64,000 nt of DNA, from positions 48,362,001-48,426,000 of the forward strand of contig NC_087436.1 in NCBI RefSeq assembly GCF_036321535.1. The letters are read 5' to 3'. A program made the translations under genes and the position numbers. Positions within the stretch are counted from its first letter, which is position 1, and each line of letters starts with the position of its first letter. Source of the stretch: Camelus dromedarius (Eukaryota). This document shows positions 41,200 through 54,620 of the stretch, piece by piece. Under the pieces are notes generated by a model. The model was given only the letters and a program-made list of their open reading frames with translations, did not search any database and had not been told where the DNA came from.

Positions 41200-41720
41200 A
41201 CTTAGTGCCACCACCTGACACTATTAATCCTGCGAATAAAGGGGGATTGTGCCATGCAGTCTGCTTGCCCTCTAGATCTTCTGACCCTTCCATTCTATCC
41301 TTCTGTTTGCCAAAAGGCTGACCTTTATGGGTTTTCTCAATGGATTCCTTTGAGAAACTTCCTAAATGGACTCCCTCAGCCAATGGGAGTCACTGGCAAG
41401 AGAGAAGATGGCAGAAAGAGAGTGAGGATGGGCAATGATTTTCTCCTCTATTCCCTGTGGGTTGGCATTTTCTTCATCCTTCTGCTGGAGGCCACACAGT
41501 TCCTGTCAGGTGACCTCTACTTTCTCTTAGTTCTAAAGACCAATTTTTCCTTAACCCCACTGGGAAATAGCCCCACACTCACTCTAACCCCAGAGGAACA
41601 TCCCATCTTTGTTGGTTTCTCTTATTAATGCCTGTACTTTTATAAATTGTTGTCTTATTTATTCTCTACAGTTACCCCGTTGGTGTATGTCATCTGTTTC
41701 TTGCTGCCATTCTGACCTTA
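41200..41720. mobile_element. LTR33-like ERVL LTR
   Basis: aggctgacctttatgg...cagccaatgggagtcactggcaagagag...catctgtttcttgctg. Confidence 0.55.
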
Positions 41721-42469
41721 TTAAGTAGAAAGTACCTGGGATTCTGCAAGGAAATCAAGGATACAAATACAAATGTACTAATTAAACTGAGGCCAAGTTA
41801 CAAGAACGCTAAACTTTTGTACAATAACATCTACTCCAAGGGGTTATTGTAAGGATTAGCCTGGAGTGTCTTAACAATGCCCGGCACATAAAAAATGCTT
41901 AAAATAAATGCAAATCCCTTTCCCAGTCCCTCCACTCCAAGTCTTCTGTGAATTACTAAATAAGAATCTGTAATCAGAATAAGATTCCAAAGGCGGCAAT
42001 TTTATATGGAAGACTAAGGACTACCTCTTAAAATGGAAAATCAAGAAATGGCTCAAGGACCTCTGCCCTCTCTTCACCACAGCCACTGCAAACATCAGTA
42101 ACTGACAAAGGTACTTGTCCTCACTCAGCTCTAATGTGATCTCAAAATCCTTCTCAATAAAGTCTTCTAAGAAGCCTGTTCCTCTCCCTTTCCTCAGACA
42201 TCTTTGTTCCTAATCACTCCAGGAACATGAAAGTCCCAAACTAGACAGTGAGTTGTTTAAAGTAATAGACAAGAGTCCACATTTTTAGGATTATCTCTGG
42301 CATCCTGCAGCAGCTAAGAACTAGAGCATGTTTTCTGAGCGGCTGAACAATGAGTTGTGTACTCAGCTTCTGGCATCATTCTATCATCTTGAATGCAACT
42401 TAAAATAAATAAACAAGCAAATAAGGAAAGAAAATAAGAAGCCTGAGGAATTGTTTCTTACAAACACCA

Positions 42470-44285
42470 GGTTAGTATATTCATGGAGTGGTGCAACTAT
42501 CACCACCATCTAATTTTAGAATATTTTCATCATGCCCAAAGAAACTCCATACCTATTAATAGTCATTTCCCCTTTTCCCACTCACTATCCTCCTGGAAAC
42601 TACTAACCTACTTTCTGTCTCTGAGGATTGGCTTATCCTGGACATGTCATGTAAAGGGAATCATACAACATGTGTCTTCTCTCACTTAGCGTGATGTTTT
42701 AAAGTCTCATCCATTCTGTAGCATGTACTAGCATGTCACGTGTTTTATTGCCAAACAGTATATTCCATTCTATGAATATACCACATTTTATCTATCCATT
42801 ACTTAGTTGATGGACATTTGGGTTATTTATACTTTTTGGCTAGTCTGAATAATGTTACTATAAACAGCTATGTAAGAGTTTTTATGTGGACATATGTTTT
42901 CATTCCTCTTGAGTATATATCTAGGGGTGGTGTTATGAACCTATCAAATTAACATTTCTTAAATGGAACACTGGATGCCGAATGATAAGTCACAGTTCAA
43001 CAAATGCAAGAGAAAATGAAAGAGAGATCTGTTAATCACAGGACCTCAAAAAGTATGCAGAGCACCACCAAGGGCCACACAGAAAGCTCAAGGCAGAGCA
43101 CAGACAAAGAGAGATACGATCTGGGGCACATGCTTTTATAGGGATCTGTGGGTAGAATGTTTCAGGGTGCTTAGGCTAAGGCCAGATTGGCCAATCCAAA
43201 CTAAGAGAGTGGGGTTTTGGCAAGTCCCACAGGGGTCTTATCTCAGGATACACAAAGGGAAGGTGCTAGGAGGCAGGGGAGACACAAGGACTATTGGAGG
43301 AGCCAAAGCAGGAACTTGCCTCTGACTCTGTGGGTTGTTATCAAGGGCATGTACTTGCATGAGGGGCCAGTGTCAGTTTAAGGTCCCTCCAGACCACCTG
43401 GCCAAACAAAGTGGACGCTAAGGCAGCAATACCACAGATTAACTTAGCTAAACTCCCGACAAATGGTATTTCTGGGTTATATGATAATTCTATTTGTTTA
43501 ACATTTTGAAGAACTGCCAAAGTGGCTGCATGACCAGCAATGTAAGAGGGGTCAATTTTCCACATCCTTAAAACACTTGTTGTTGTCTATCTTTCTATTT
43601 TAGTAATTCTGCTAGGTGTGAAGTGGTATCTCATTTTTGGATTTGGTTTGCATTTTCCTAATGACTGATTATAACAAGCATCTTTTCATGTGTTTATTGG
43701 CATTTGTATACCTTCTTCAGAGAAATTTCTATTCAAATCCTTTGCCCATTGTTCAATTGGGTTGTCCTTTTATTATTGAGTTTTAAGAGTCTTTTAAAAA
43801 ATACATTTAGGATTGAAGTCCCATTTCAGAGATATGAGTTGCAAATGTTTTCTCCCATTCTGTGGGTTGTCTTCATTTTCTTGATGATGTTTTGTAAAAG
43901 CACAAAAGTTCTGAATTTTGTTAATGTTCAATTTATGTATTTTTTCCTTGTCACTTATGCTTTGATGTCATATCTAAAAAAAAATTGCCCAAGCCAAAGT
44001 CATAAAGATCTACTCTTGTGTTTTCTTCTAAGAGTTATATCGTTTTAGTTATTTTATTTTGTCTATGATCCACTGAGTTAATTTTTGCATGCGGTGTAAG
44101 GTAGCAGTCTATTTTCACTTTCTGCATGTGGATATCCAGTTGTCCCCAGCACCATTTGTTGAAAACGCTATTCTTTCCCCTTTGAATTGTCTTCTCACTT
44201 TGTTGAAAATCATTTACCATAAATGTAAGGATTTATTTCTGAATTCTCAATTCTATTCCATATTTTATATGTTTATCCTAGTACT
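42470..44285 (-). mobile_element. L1 3' region (ORF2 C-terminus plus 3' UTR) interrupted by a solo LTR
   Basis: ORF 44035-44220 (IQRGKNSVFNKWCW) is L1 ORF2-like; 3' UTR gttgatggacatttgggtt. Confidence 0.9.
42931..43461 (-). mobile_element. Solo ERV LTR, family not assigned (531 bp)
   Basis: TG...CA termini interrupt the L1 between ctaggggtgg and aatggtatttctggg; minus-strand TATAAAA near 43134-43140. Confidence 0.75.
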
Positions 44286-44289
44286 ATAA

Positions 44290-44915
44290 ATACTGTCTGA
44301 GTCTTGAAAGATGAATGGGTATTTGCTAGCCAAACAAAATTTCAAATGAAGTGGGAGTTGGGGGACAGAGGGCATTCCAGATAGAGATAATAGCATAAGT
44401 AGACACATGGAGAAGGAACATCATGACATTAGGAAAGAAGAAGTAAGCTTTGTCTAAAGCACTAACAGCTGTGGAGCACAGTGGGGTGGAGAGAAGGGTA
44501 AGGTCTAGGAATAAGGAGTTGATTTTTACCTTATACAAATGTGGAGCTTGTGAAGGCTTTCACACATGATCATATTTGAATCTGGAAAGGTCTTTCTAGC
44601 AACAATGTGAAGAATAAACTGGAAGACTAAAGGAAGGCAGAGACATTATTTTAGAAATTATCTCACTATGTCTAAGCAGTCAATTGAAAGAGCCTGAAGT
44701 AAGACAGTACAATGGGGCCAGAGAAGAGGGATGGAGGCATTGGACAGATGTTTAAAGGGAAAAATCAGTATTACTTCTTCAGCTGTTGGATGAGTTAGGT
44801 TGAGATAAAGGGAAAAATTATTCATGACTTCCAGATTTCCACTGAAGAGTGCTAGAGAACACAAGAGGAGGACAAGGTTAACACAAATAGAATCATTTCC
44901 ATTTGGACACGTTGA
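44290..44915 (-). mobile_element. L2 remnant
   Basis: tgagtcttgaaagatgaat...gggcattccagatagag...gatgacttccagattt-like tail. Confidence 0.7.
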
Positions 44916-44997
44916 ACATTCCGTGAATACTTTTTATGTGTCAAGCACTACACTAGTTATTTTGAATACAGTATTTCATTTAATTTATATGCACAGT

Positions 44998-45320
44998 AAA
45001 AAATTAATAAACAGAAACTTCAATTAAATAGAACCAGAAGACCAGAAGGGAGAGTTCTCACACCCTGCGTTCTACAACAGGAAGAAGAAAGACTTATTGT
45101 TCCTGGCAAAAACTCAGCCAATGAAAACCCAAGGACTATTTGTTTACTCTAGCCCTCCCAACTTCCTTTCCCTCTATAAAAGCATTCTCTTTCCTTGGCT
45201 GTGCAGTGACTTGCTCGTGGTTTGCCATGGTTATAGACCCCAAATTGCAACTCTCTGCTAATCCAGAATAAACCCATCTTTGCTGGAGAAGTATCTGGCA
45301 GTATTTGTTTCAAGTCAACA
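44998..45320 (+). mobile_element. Short solo LTR (artiodactyl ERV type) inside a minus-strand MIR
   Basis: CCAAT 45118-45122, TATAAAA 45175-45181, AATAAA 45267-45272; ends ...gtcaaca. Confidence 0.75.
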
Positions 45321-47469
45321 GCATTATATCACTAGCCCCATAGTGTTTTATTGATTGCATTTTATAGAAGAGGAAACTAGTCTGAGGAAAGACACAAAAC
45401 TTATCCATTTCACATAGCTAGTTAGTAGTGGAGCAGATACTAAACTCAGATTCATTGTTTTTAAATATTTATACCACTTAAAGCAACTTTTATCACTATA
45501 TTTTATCCTAGAAGGCCACTGTAAACTATGTGTAAGCACAAAACAGGAAATCTAACCCATTCTTTACTGCCTGTTATTGTCTTTAATTTCCCTTCACTGT
45601 CATATTTATAAAGACACACAAAAATAAATAGTTTGGAATGGGGAGCAGGTTGGAAGAGAATTATATTTAAAATCTGCCTTATTATAAAGACAAATTCAAA
45701 TTCAATTAATATTTATTAAGTATCTACCATGTTGAGACAATTTATGGAACACATTTGTATAGATTATCTATCTTAATCCCTACAATGACCCACTAAAGTA
45801 GGTCATTTTTTGTTTTGTAAAGAAGTGATCTACTGTCAAAGACTTTCTTGATTTTTTAACCCAGTTCTTAATATTTTATTTAGTTTCTAATTATTTGGCA
45901 TTCACATAAAAGTATTCACTCAATAACCACTTATTTGAGTGATTATAATTTCTTTAAGGTGCTAATAAAGGAGAGAAACAAGGCAATTGGGCCTTCTGAT
46001 TTTATAACAAGGATCTGGAGGCGAGGTGTGTTCAGAGTCTGAAAAGGTTTTACTTTTGAGTCTTTGAGCATCTCTTGAGTTACACAACACCTGTGAGATT
46101 TAAAGAAGTACACCAATAAATCCTGTAGAGTTTAAATTGCCTTATAATTATTTTATCAAACCTCTGATTTCTGGAAAATAAATGATGTATCCAGCACACA
46201 ATAATCACTCAAGAATGTGTTTTGAATTTATTGATTAATTAGCTATATTTGGGCTTACTTGAATAAACTTTCAGATCTTCTGTAATAGCTACAGTGCTGA
46301 CATAAATGTTAATAAACACATTTTCATGATACTTCATTTTTAAAAATAATTAAAAAAATTTTTATTAAAAATTTAATAAAAAAAATTTAAATTAGTGACA
46401 TTTATTTCACTGATCTTTAATGCACATGAGAAACAAGCCACAGGAGAAAATATATTTTTTCACATTATGCATTGTAAATGCCATTCATGAGACCTTGTCA
46501 CACTGGGTTGTGAAACCATCTATGCATTTATTTTGTATAACATCTTCTCAATGTTATTTTTTGCCCTTTGATTATAATGTAAATTAGCACACGACAGAAT
46601 TCAGAAGGTGCTTTAAGGAATATCTGACGTAGCCCTTAAAAACAAGTATTATACAACAGGACTGAAAATAAAATTAGTATCACTCAAAGGACCACCTTGG
46701 GCCATAAAGCTTTTTTGCTATTTATGTATGCAATCTATTTCTTGCCATTTCTTTTGCCAAATTAAGCTTACTATTGGACTATGTAAACATGATCTTTATT
46801 CTATTTGTAATATCTTGTATACCTTCCCAAACTGGCCAGAAGGCCAAACGCAACTCTTGCACCACATCTAAGCTTACAACAGTATAAATGTCTCCAAATA
46901 CTGTGGGCCTACAGTTTGTTTTTTAGCACAGCAATTTTATAGCAATACTGTAAAGCAATGACTTCAATTTCATATAATCATGCTTGGCACAGATAGTGGC
47001 TCTTATCCAAGCCTATTTAATTTCACCTTTCAGGAATTGTGTAAATATCATATGTCCCTTTTCGAAATTTACTACTACAGTGTTACATTACTGACCTCAG
47101 CTCTCATAGACCACACAACACATCGACCTTAGCATTTGTCTTTTTCGCACTTAGCTCATGTGGTAAGCACCTGAAAACCATTCTTAAAACTTACCACCCA
47201 CTCTCTTGCCTGCTCTGCCTCTGACTTTTAAATCACACTTGTTAATTTCTGTGCAGACCTGGCTGACAAGCAGGATGTGATGTACTGTGCAGGGCCACGA
47301 TCACAGAGGTACAATACCAGGTCAGTATAAGATTTTAACAATGTGGTTATTTATGATAATTATTGAGTATGACCAGTATTAAGTGAAAATAAGCAAAAGA
47401 CTCAAGTACAGCACTTAACATTTTCCTTTTGTATTTATATCCATTTCATGGAATAATGAATGTCAGTTT

Positions 47470-47640
47470 TCCAAGCATATGGTCTCTGGACTCTGGTAAC
47501 CCTGGTTGGAGTTTCCCTTCTGCTACTTCTAAGCTGTATGACCTTGGGAAGATTCTTCTCCTGAGCCTCAGTTTCCTTATCAGGAAAGTGACAATAATTG
47601 TGCTTACAGCACAGCTGTTATCATTATCATTACTATTGTC
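47470..47640 (+). mobile_element. MIR
   Basis: gctgtatgaccttgggaag...ctgagcctcagtttccttatc. Confidence 0.8.
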
Positions 47641-48499
47641 GCTTTTATGGGTTGGGGTTTTGGGGGGAGTCTTCATGATGAAAATGGTCTGGATCAGTAA
47701 GACTGGGCCCAAAACAGATGCAAAGTGCATTAGCCAAATTTCAACTAACTTTGGACACCTTTAACTTTTTCCTTAGAAAATCCATCATTTCTTGATTTTA
47801 TGTTTTAATATTTTCCCAAAACATTTTGGGGAGAAGCAGCATAAAAATAAAGTACCAGTTTATACATATCCCCAGGTTCCACTGACTTCTTCCAGTGCGC
47901 TTTTCCCCCTTCTCTACACTCTGGCATGCAACCCTATTGTTCCGGCCAAGTGCTGCAGCTGAAATGAAAATAGCAACTAGTTGAGCAGATCGGTATCAAC
48001 AACTACACTCTGAAACACCATTGGCCCAGAGATGGTGACCAAAAGTTTAGTTATTTTGAGCAAATCATTCATTACATCATAGAGGCCTTAGATTATAAAT
48101 TTCATATATGTTCATGGAAATCCACTTAAAACTACAAAAGCACAAAAATAAAATGCATACACATACATGCACACATATATGCATACATGAGCAAACATTT
48201 ATGAAGTGTATAAAGCCAATCCCAATTAAAAAACCCATCTCAGAACAAGAAAAGGGATCTAATGCTAGAAATGGAGATAATGACACATTAAAAACTTGAA
48301 AATTTGGGTAAAATATGTGTTTATTATACAATAAATCACTAAAATTGACCTAAGAAGAGTCAAATTACCACTGCAGCAATTTTTTAAGTTGTTCTGGAAT
48401 GACCTCCAGAAAGTTGCTGGGCCTAGCTATTTTTGTGAAAATTTCTTCAGACCTTCAAGGGATGTGTAATTGCCAAGGTATCTGAATTATTGCAGAGTA

Positions 48500-48695
48500 C
48501 CATAAAATAAAGAAATTTTCCTAAGTCATTTTAAGAGGTTAGCATATTCCTAAACTGAAAACCTGAAGAATATAGGATAAAAATAGAAAGCTCTCAAACC
48601 AATCTCACTGTTAATAAAGTTGCTAAAATTATAAATAAATCTTATAAAATTGAATGCAGTAACATAGCAAAAAAAATCATATCCTGATTAAGTAA
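48500..48695 (+). mobile_element. Ancient L1 ORF2 (RT region) fragment
   Basis: tcattttaagaggttagcata...aaaacctga...accaatctcact...gctaaaattataaataaa. Confidence 0.6.
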
Positions 48696-49730
48696 CTGCC
48701 AATTACTCTTGCCTCCGCATAGTTCACATGCTAAACATAATCCCATTATTAATGCCTCTCATTACAGTAGTGGTTCTTAAAAAAGGGGAGTTAACAGGAG
48801 GACATGGGTAGTTTGGAAAAAGAAATGTATTTACTGTGTCATTCCCTAAGAGAAGCCACTGTCCCATAAGGCCCAGGAAATAAAAAATTTTAAATAATCC
48901 TATTTTCCTCTTTGTTCTTTTACAAATTTCATAAATGCTTTGAAATATACATATTTTATTTATAATCCTAAAAAATTAACCAGAAATACTCAGAAGGAAA
49001 ACAAAAAGCAAACAAACAAAAAACTATAGTGATAACATCAAACAAGAAGCAAAATATCATAAACTTTCCTGTGTGGGGATGAGACTGGCAGAGTCTTTAA
49101 AATATGAAACCGCCAGTTTAGACTAAAACCTTCTCCTATTCCCATCAATATTTCTGTCCAGATATGGGCATTTTTCATTGTTCCAAGAACCCTCAAACTA
49201 TATTCAAATTAGGACCATCTGTTCTGGAAATTTAAACTGCTGACCAATGATCTCTAAAATTTTTTGAAAGGTAAGACCTGATGTCTTATTCTAAAACCAG
49301 CTCAGATTGAGTCAATCAAGTCACCACCAACACTAGCCAGCTTATCAATGTTCCCTTTGACTTGGAGCAGTAAGGGCCAAGGCTAAGGTCATTTAGGCAT
49401 CATAAACACAGAGTCTAGGTTATTACTCTAAAGGTCTTCTTTACAATGAAAAGACATAACATACAACCAAGGGGATCACAGTTCAAGTCAATGCAAACTG
49501 GAATTTGTCTAAAATTGTGAGAGTAACTTTAAATCAAACTGCCATAAGTCAAGTACTACTTATACTAAGACTCAATTTAATGGCGAAAAGAGACACAATT
49601 TTACTGGGTATAGAGACATATATTTTTTTAATTATAATGTGTACACATATACATAAACATTAATACGTGTGTGAGACATATAATTTATATAATTATTATA
49701 AATATATAATATAATATATATTAATGTGTG

Positions 49731-50124
49731 TATTACGGATTGAATTATGCACTCCCCACACACCAAATTTCAAATATTAAAGTCCTAACACCTAGAACCT
49801 TATAGTGTGACTGTATTTGGAGATAGGGCCTTTAACGAGATAATTATGTTAAAATGAGTTCATTATGGTGGGCCCTAACCCACCATGACTGATGTCCTTA
49901 TAAAAAGAGGAAACTTGGATACAGACATAGCAAAGGAAGACCATGTGAAGACATGGGGAGAAGACAGCCATTAACAAGCCAAGGAGAGAGGCCTCTGAAG
50001 AAACCAACCCCATTGACACATTGTTCTCAGACTTCTAGCCTCCAGAACAGTGAGGGAATTAAATTCTGGTGTTTAAACCACTCAGCCTATGGCACTGTTA
50101 TGGCAGCCCTGGCAAACTAAAACT
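49731..50124 (+). mobile_element. MLT1B-like solo LTR
   Basis: gtgactgtatttggagatagggccttt...caagccaaggagagaggcctc...ggcagccctggcaaactaa; 5-bp TSD gtgtg/gtgtg. Confidence 0.92.
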
Positions 50125-50627
50125 GTGTGTGTGTGTGTGTAATTTAAAATATAATTGTTACTATGTCAGCTAGAGTAACTCTTAGCACATAATTTCTCAT
50201 GTCATAAATTATGGCAAGTTCAAGGTCCTCCCAAAGAGTAGTGAAAGCTCCTAGAGAATAGTGTCCTTCTTGCTGCAAACTCCTGCCTCTCCTGATTCAG
50301 ATCAGATGTCATTTTATAATCTCCAACTTTTGTGGTCCTTGTCCTTTGCTAACCTTGGGTGGACCTCAGGCCTTTCCCATCAAATTTTAATTACCATTAA
50401 AATAAAATAAAATAAAATAAAGCAAAATGTTAACAATGACCAAAACCAAAGTGCAAATAAAAATCCACCTTCATACAAGGTAATTGTGAAATGGCTGGCT
50501 TTACATCCCAGAAATGTGAAAAATTAAAACTGAACATTAGCTATCTCTGCTCTAACGTGGTCCCTTAGCCATTTCCACATGGGGGAGATTCAGCTTCCTC
50601 TCATGTTCTAATGTTATAGTTCTTATA

Positions 50628-50760
50628 CTCTCCTCCTCCTCTTCTCTTCCTCCTCTTCCCTCTTTTCTATCCCTCTCTCCCTTTTTCCCTCCCTCCCTCC
50701 CTCATCCTGTATAGATCCTGCTCTTTTCTACTCCTTTCTTGGATCTTCCCTCATCCCCAG
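50628..50760. repeat. Polypyrimidine (CT-rich) tract
   Basis: Direct reading. Confidence 0.8.
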
Positions 50761-51409
50761 CAGTTTGGCTACCATTGTTAATGAGCTTGGCTCATGCTCT
50801 CAGGATCCCTGTTTCTACCTCAAGTAGCTAATCAAACTATTTTCTCAAAGACAGTTTCCTTTCTCAGAAAAATTCTAAAGCCAGCTGTTAAAGTTATCCC
50901 TGCTACACTGTGTTTAGCCAAGTTACTCAAAGGAGTGAAAGTAATATTTCAAGTTGTTTTTTCACCCTGATTCTAAAAGAATGAGTATCAATCATTAAAC
51001 ATTATCTAATATCAATACATTACCCTTCTATAGGATCGCTAAATTAACTCAGATCTAAAACTTTCATTAAACCTGTTGAAAATTATTTTTAGATTCTACA
51101 GTCTTTCTGGAAATTTTCACCAAACCTGTGAACTCTGAACCTTATTTTTTAAACCATCAACTGTTGCATTCAGCAAATGATTTAAACTATGATTTCAAAG
51201 AGGATGCTTTGAAAACTAAGGACCTTCTACACTTGTCACTTTCTATAATGGACAAAGAAGGCTTAGTTGTGCCTTTATTCAAAAGATCTTCCACACAATT
51301 AATATGTGTTGATGTGAACTGCCTAGTTGAAGAATGTCAATTTATGGTTTGAGGAAGAAAATGAAAATAAATTCTGGTTCAAAATCACTTCTTAGGAAAC
51401 AGGCTGCTA

Positions 51410-51423
51410 CTGCCACCTGGGGG
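51410..51423 (-). promoter_or_regulatory. Candidate CTCF site
   Basis: Minus strand reads CCCCCAGGTGGCAG, one mismatch from CCACCAGGTGGCAG. Confidence 0.35.
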
Positions 51424-52099
51424 AGGTTCTTTCTGCTTCATTCAAGAAAGCCAAATGTGCTTGTCAGATGAATGAATCCCGTTTGTGTTTTCCTTTTCAT
51501 ATCCACACAGGAAGATTTTTTTAACTTTCTGCCCATGAAGTCATAAGGCATTCCAGATGTCTCCAAGATTCCTTCACACAGAAAGACATACTTCACAGAC
51601 TTTTTGAGAGGTACAGGAGATTATGAACCAGAATGTAACCATATGAAGGTTTCTACATCTTACACACTCAGAAAGTATATTGGAAAATATGGGTTATATA
51701 CTAAGAAGTAGGAAAAAAATCAAATATAAGCTTTTAATAACAAAACAAAACCTCAATGTTAAACAAAACGTATTTGGCCTTAAATTACAGTTAATTGTAC
51801 TCCTTTTCTGAAAGACGCTATTATTAATTGATATGGAAACTGAATGTACTGATACAATTATGCTAGTGATCACATCAAAATAATAAAACTCAATTCTATG
51901 GAAATAGCCAAGAGTTTTCTTAGAGTTTTTGAATTTATAACTAAATACTGTTATGAACTCAATATTTATTGCATGTACATGTCTATTTGTTGAAACTTTT
52001 TCAGGAAGTACTAATATGTCAGCTACAATGGAAAAATTATGACTATTGTTTTCAAATGTCTAATTTCTATTTACACTTGCCAATCTTGTATTTCTTTAG

Positions 52100-52210
52100 G
52101 CTATAAGATAAATTGTTACCTATTAGCAACGCCCTAAAACAAAGAAGTTAATTTGAAAAAGGAAGTTTCAGGAAGTAATTATTGAAATTACACGTCTGTC
52201 ATAAAAAAGT
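52100..52210 (+). promoter_or_regulatory. Candidate GIMD1 promoter motif cluster
   Basis: AGATAA 52106-52111; X-box-like GTTACC-TATT-AGCAAC 52115-52130; AGGAAGT 52160-52166; CAGGAAGT 52169-52176; GTCATAAA 52198-52205. Confidence 0.4.
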
Positions 52211-52229
52211 CAGCGTTGATTAAAGGAAG

Positions 52230-52405
52230 ACAACTAACCATTTGTAGAAAGGATTCTGGTAATAGATTAACTAAATAAAATACATACAGTATCAGTCTCA
52301 GAGTGGTACAAAGACACTGTCAGAAGGTTGAAGTTCATATCAAAGAACAACTATATCAGCTCGAGGGAAGCCTTTGTAGAGAAAGCATTTTTAAGACTGG
52401 AAAAG
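52230..52405 (+). other. GIMD1: Candidate non-coding first exon of GIMD1
   Basis: Strong donor AAG|gtatgt at 52405/52406; ATG-free stretch; begins about 30 nt after a TATA-like CATAAAA (52200-52206). The 5' end is an estimate. Confidence 0.45.
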
Positions 52406-53636
52406 GTATGTGAAACACAGCAAATCGGTTGGGGTTCTATAATTAATTCTTGAAAAAAAAATCATTGTTTAATTCAGGAGTAAAAAGGAATCTGAGTGAC
52501 TATGGTGCAGCTAATACAGCAAATGAGCTGGGAGATCCGGGGTCACCTTCAGGGACCCCTAAAATGAAAATCTTTTAAATGAGGGTGTGAGTTTCCTTCA
52601 AGATATTCATATTAGGGTCTGGAAAGATTGTAGTTAGGGCCTTAGAGGACAAGAAAGTCCAGAGGTACATAAACCTTTACAGTAAAAGTATAAGTTATAA
52701 GCAAAAAATAATATATATGACTATTAAATGTCTTTATTTTTGAAACAGCAGATTGAGTACATTTGGCAATTGGCCAGTAGCTCTGCCTTATTGATCTAAT
52801 GAAAATTACTGACAACCTTAAAATGCTATAAAGGGGTTATTTCTGTACAAAAAATTAACTACATTGCAGGGGTGTTGTAAAGGGAATAGAGTCTCCCAAG
52901 GTTCTCCTCCCTCCTAACTGAACTGCACAGTATAGCTGGGCTTCACTTTTCTTCATTAAAGAGTCAATGTTTTACTATGGTGAACCATGTTATTTCATAA
53001 CAGAAATTGCAAGTAGTTCTCATTTTCATCAGAATGTTGCCTTATTGTTAAAAAAAATGAGTAAACAGAAACAGAAGTCTTCCTTTAATATTATTCATCT
53101 TTCACAGGAGAGAAGCATTCAGGAAGTCAGGAAAGATGGTTTTTGCAGATGCCACTTGTGTATTCAAGGGGTGTGGAGGCTGGGGGTTGTTTAAAATACA
53201 AAAGGGACTGTTTTTTCCACTGTACTGTTCCTGCTTCTCCTCCAGGAATGCATAATTTTCAAACACTGCTGCTACCTTTGTTCCTGAACTGAGGAACAGC
53301 AGCACCCATTCCTAAACCAACTCACCTATCACATTGATGAGTTGACATATTCCTCCTAAATATGGTTTACATTATCTTCATGTGATTTTTTTTCTCATTT
53401 TCCTGCAATGATTGCTTCCTCCTCCCTTTTCTTATCTGTATTTGATTTCTCTCTCCTTTCACTGCAAACTAATATTATTTCCATTTTCCCTCTTTCACTG
53501 GGGGATCCCCACTTGAGTGGAGTGTTCCTCCATGCTTTAGGCACCAAGAATGAGGGGGAAGCATATCAAAGGCCATACCTGGAGTGCTCAAGGCCAGGTA
53601 AGAAGACTTACATTGTCGGTGAGTGTAGAAGCCTGA

Positions 53637-54104
<468 letters not shown>

Positions 54105-54315
54105 TGAAGGATATTGTCTTAATTGGAAAGAACTATGGAAAACTGGTTCAAAGACTGGTTTAAAGAACGTTTGAAACAATTCATTTTTAAAAAGCAATCA
54201 CACAGAAATAACTGGCAAAAATTACTTGATTTTCCCACCAGGAGTTATTTTTACAATTTCCTTTAAGAAATTCAGTCAGTCATTTTACAACTGGGTCATA
54301 GAAAAAAAAAAACAA

Positions 54316-54343
54316 AGAGAGCGAGAGAGCGAGAGAGCGAGAG

Positions 54344-54384
<41 letters not shown>
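54316..54384. repeat. (GAGAGAGC)n(GA)n microsatellite
   Basis: Direct reading. Confidence 0.95.
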
Positions 54385-54386
<2 letters not shown>

Positions 54387-54434
54387 CTGAACTTTAGAGG
54401 TTAACTAAGTCTCAAACCCCTAGGAACTGTGAAT

Positions 54435-54620
54435 CTGATTAAGTTTGTAAATGTGGTCTGAGGCTATCTACATCAGAATCAACTGAGCTGCTTGTTAAAA
54501 ATGCAATTTCATCCAGGCCCTGCTGAAACAGAATCTCATGAGTGGAGCTAGCATATTTGTATTTGCACAAAATCCCCATATATTTCTCTAAAACAGTCGA
54601 GCTTTAGACCAACTGAACTA
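54435..54620. mobile_element. MER5-like hAT-Charlie remnant
   Basis: catcagaatcaactgagctgcttgttaaaaatgca...ctgaaacagaatctc. Confidence 0.7.

Noticed and set aside
46359..46382. 11-bp inverted repeat
   Set aside because: A/T only and within an AT-rich tract; expected by chance.
53619..53624. Perfect GTGAGT donor
   Set aside because: Only 49 nt from the 53667 acceptor, too short for a normal intron.
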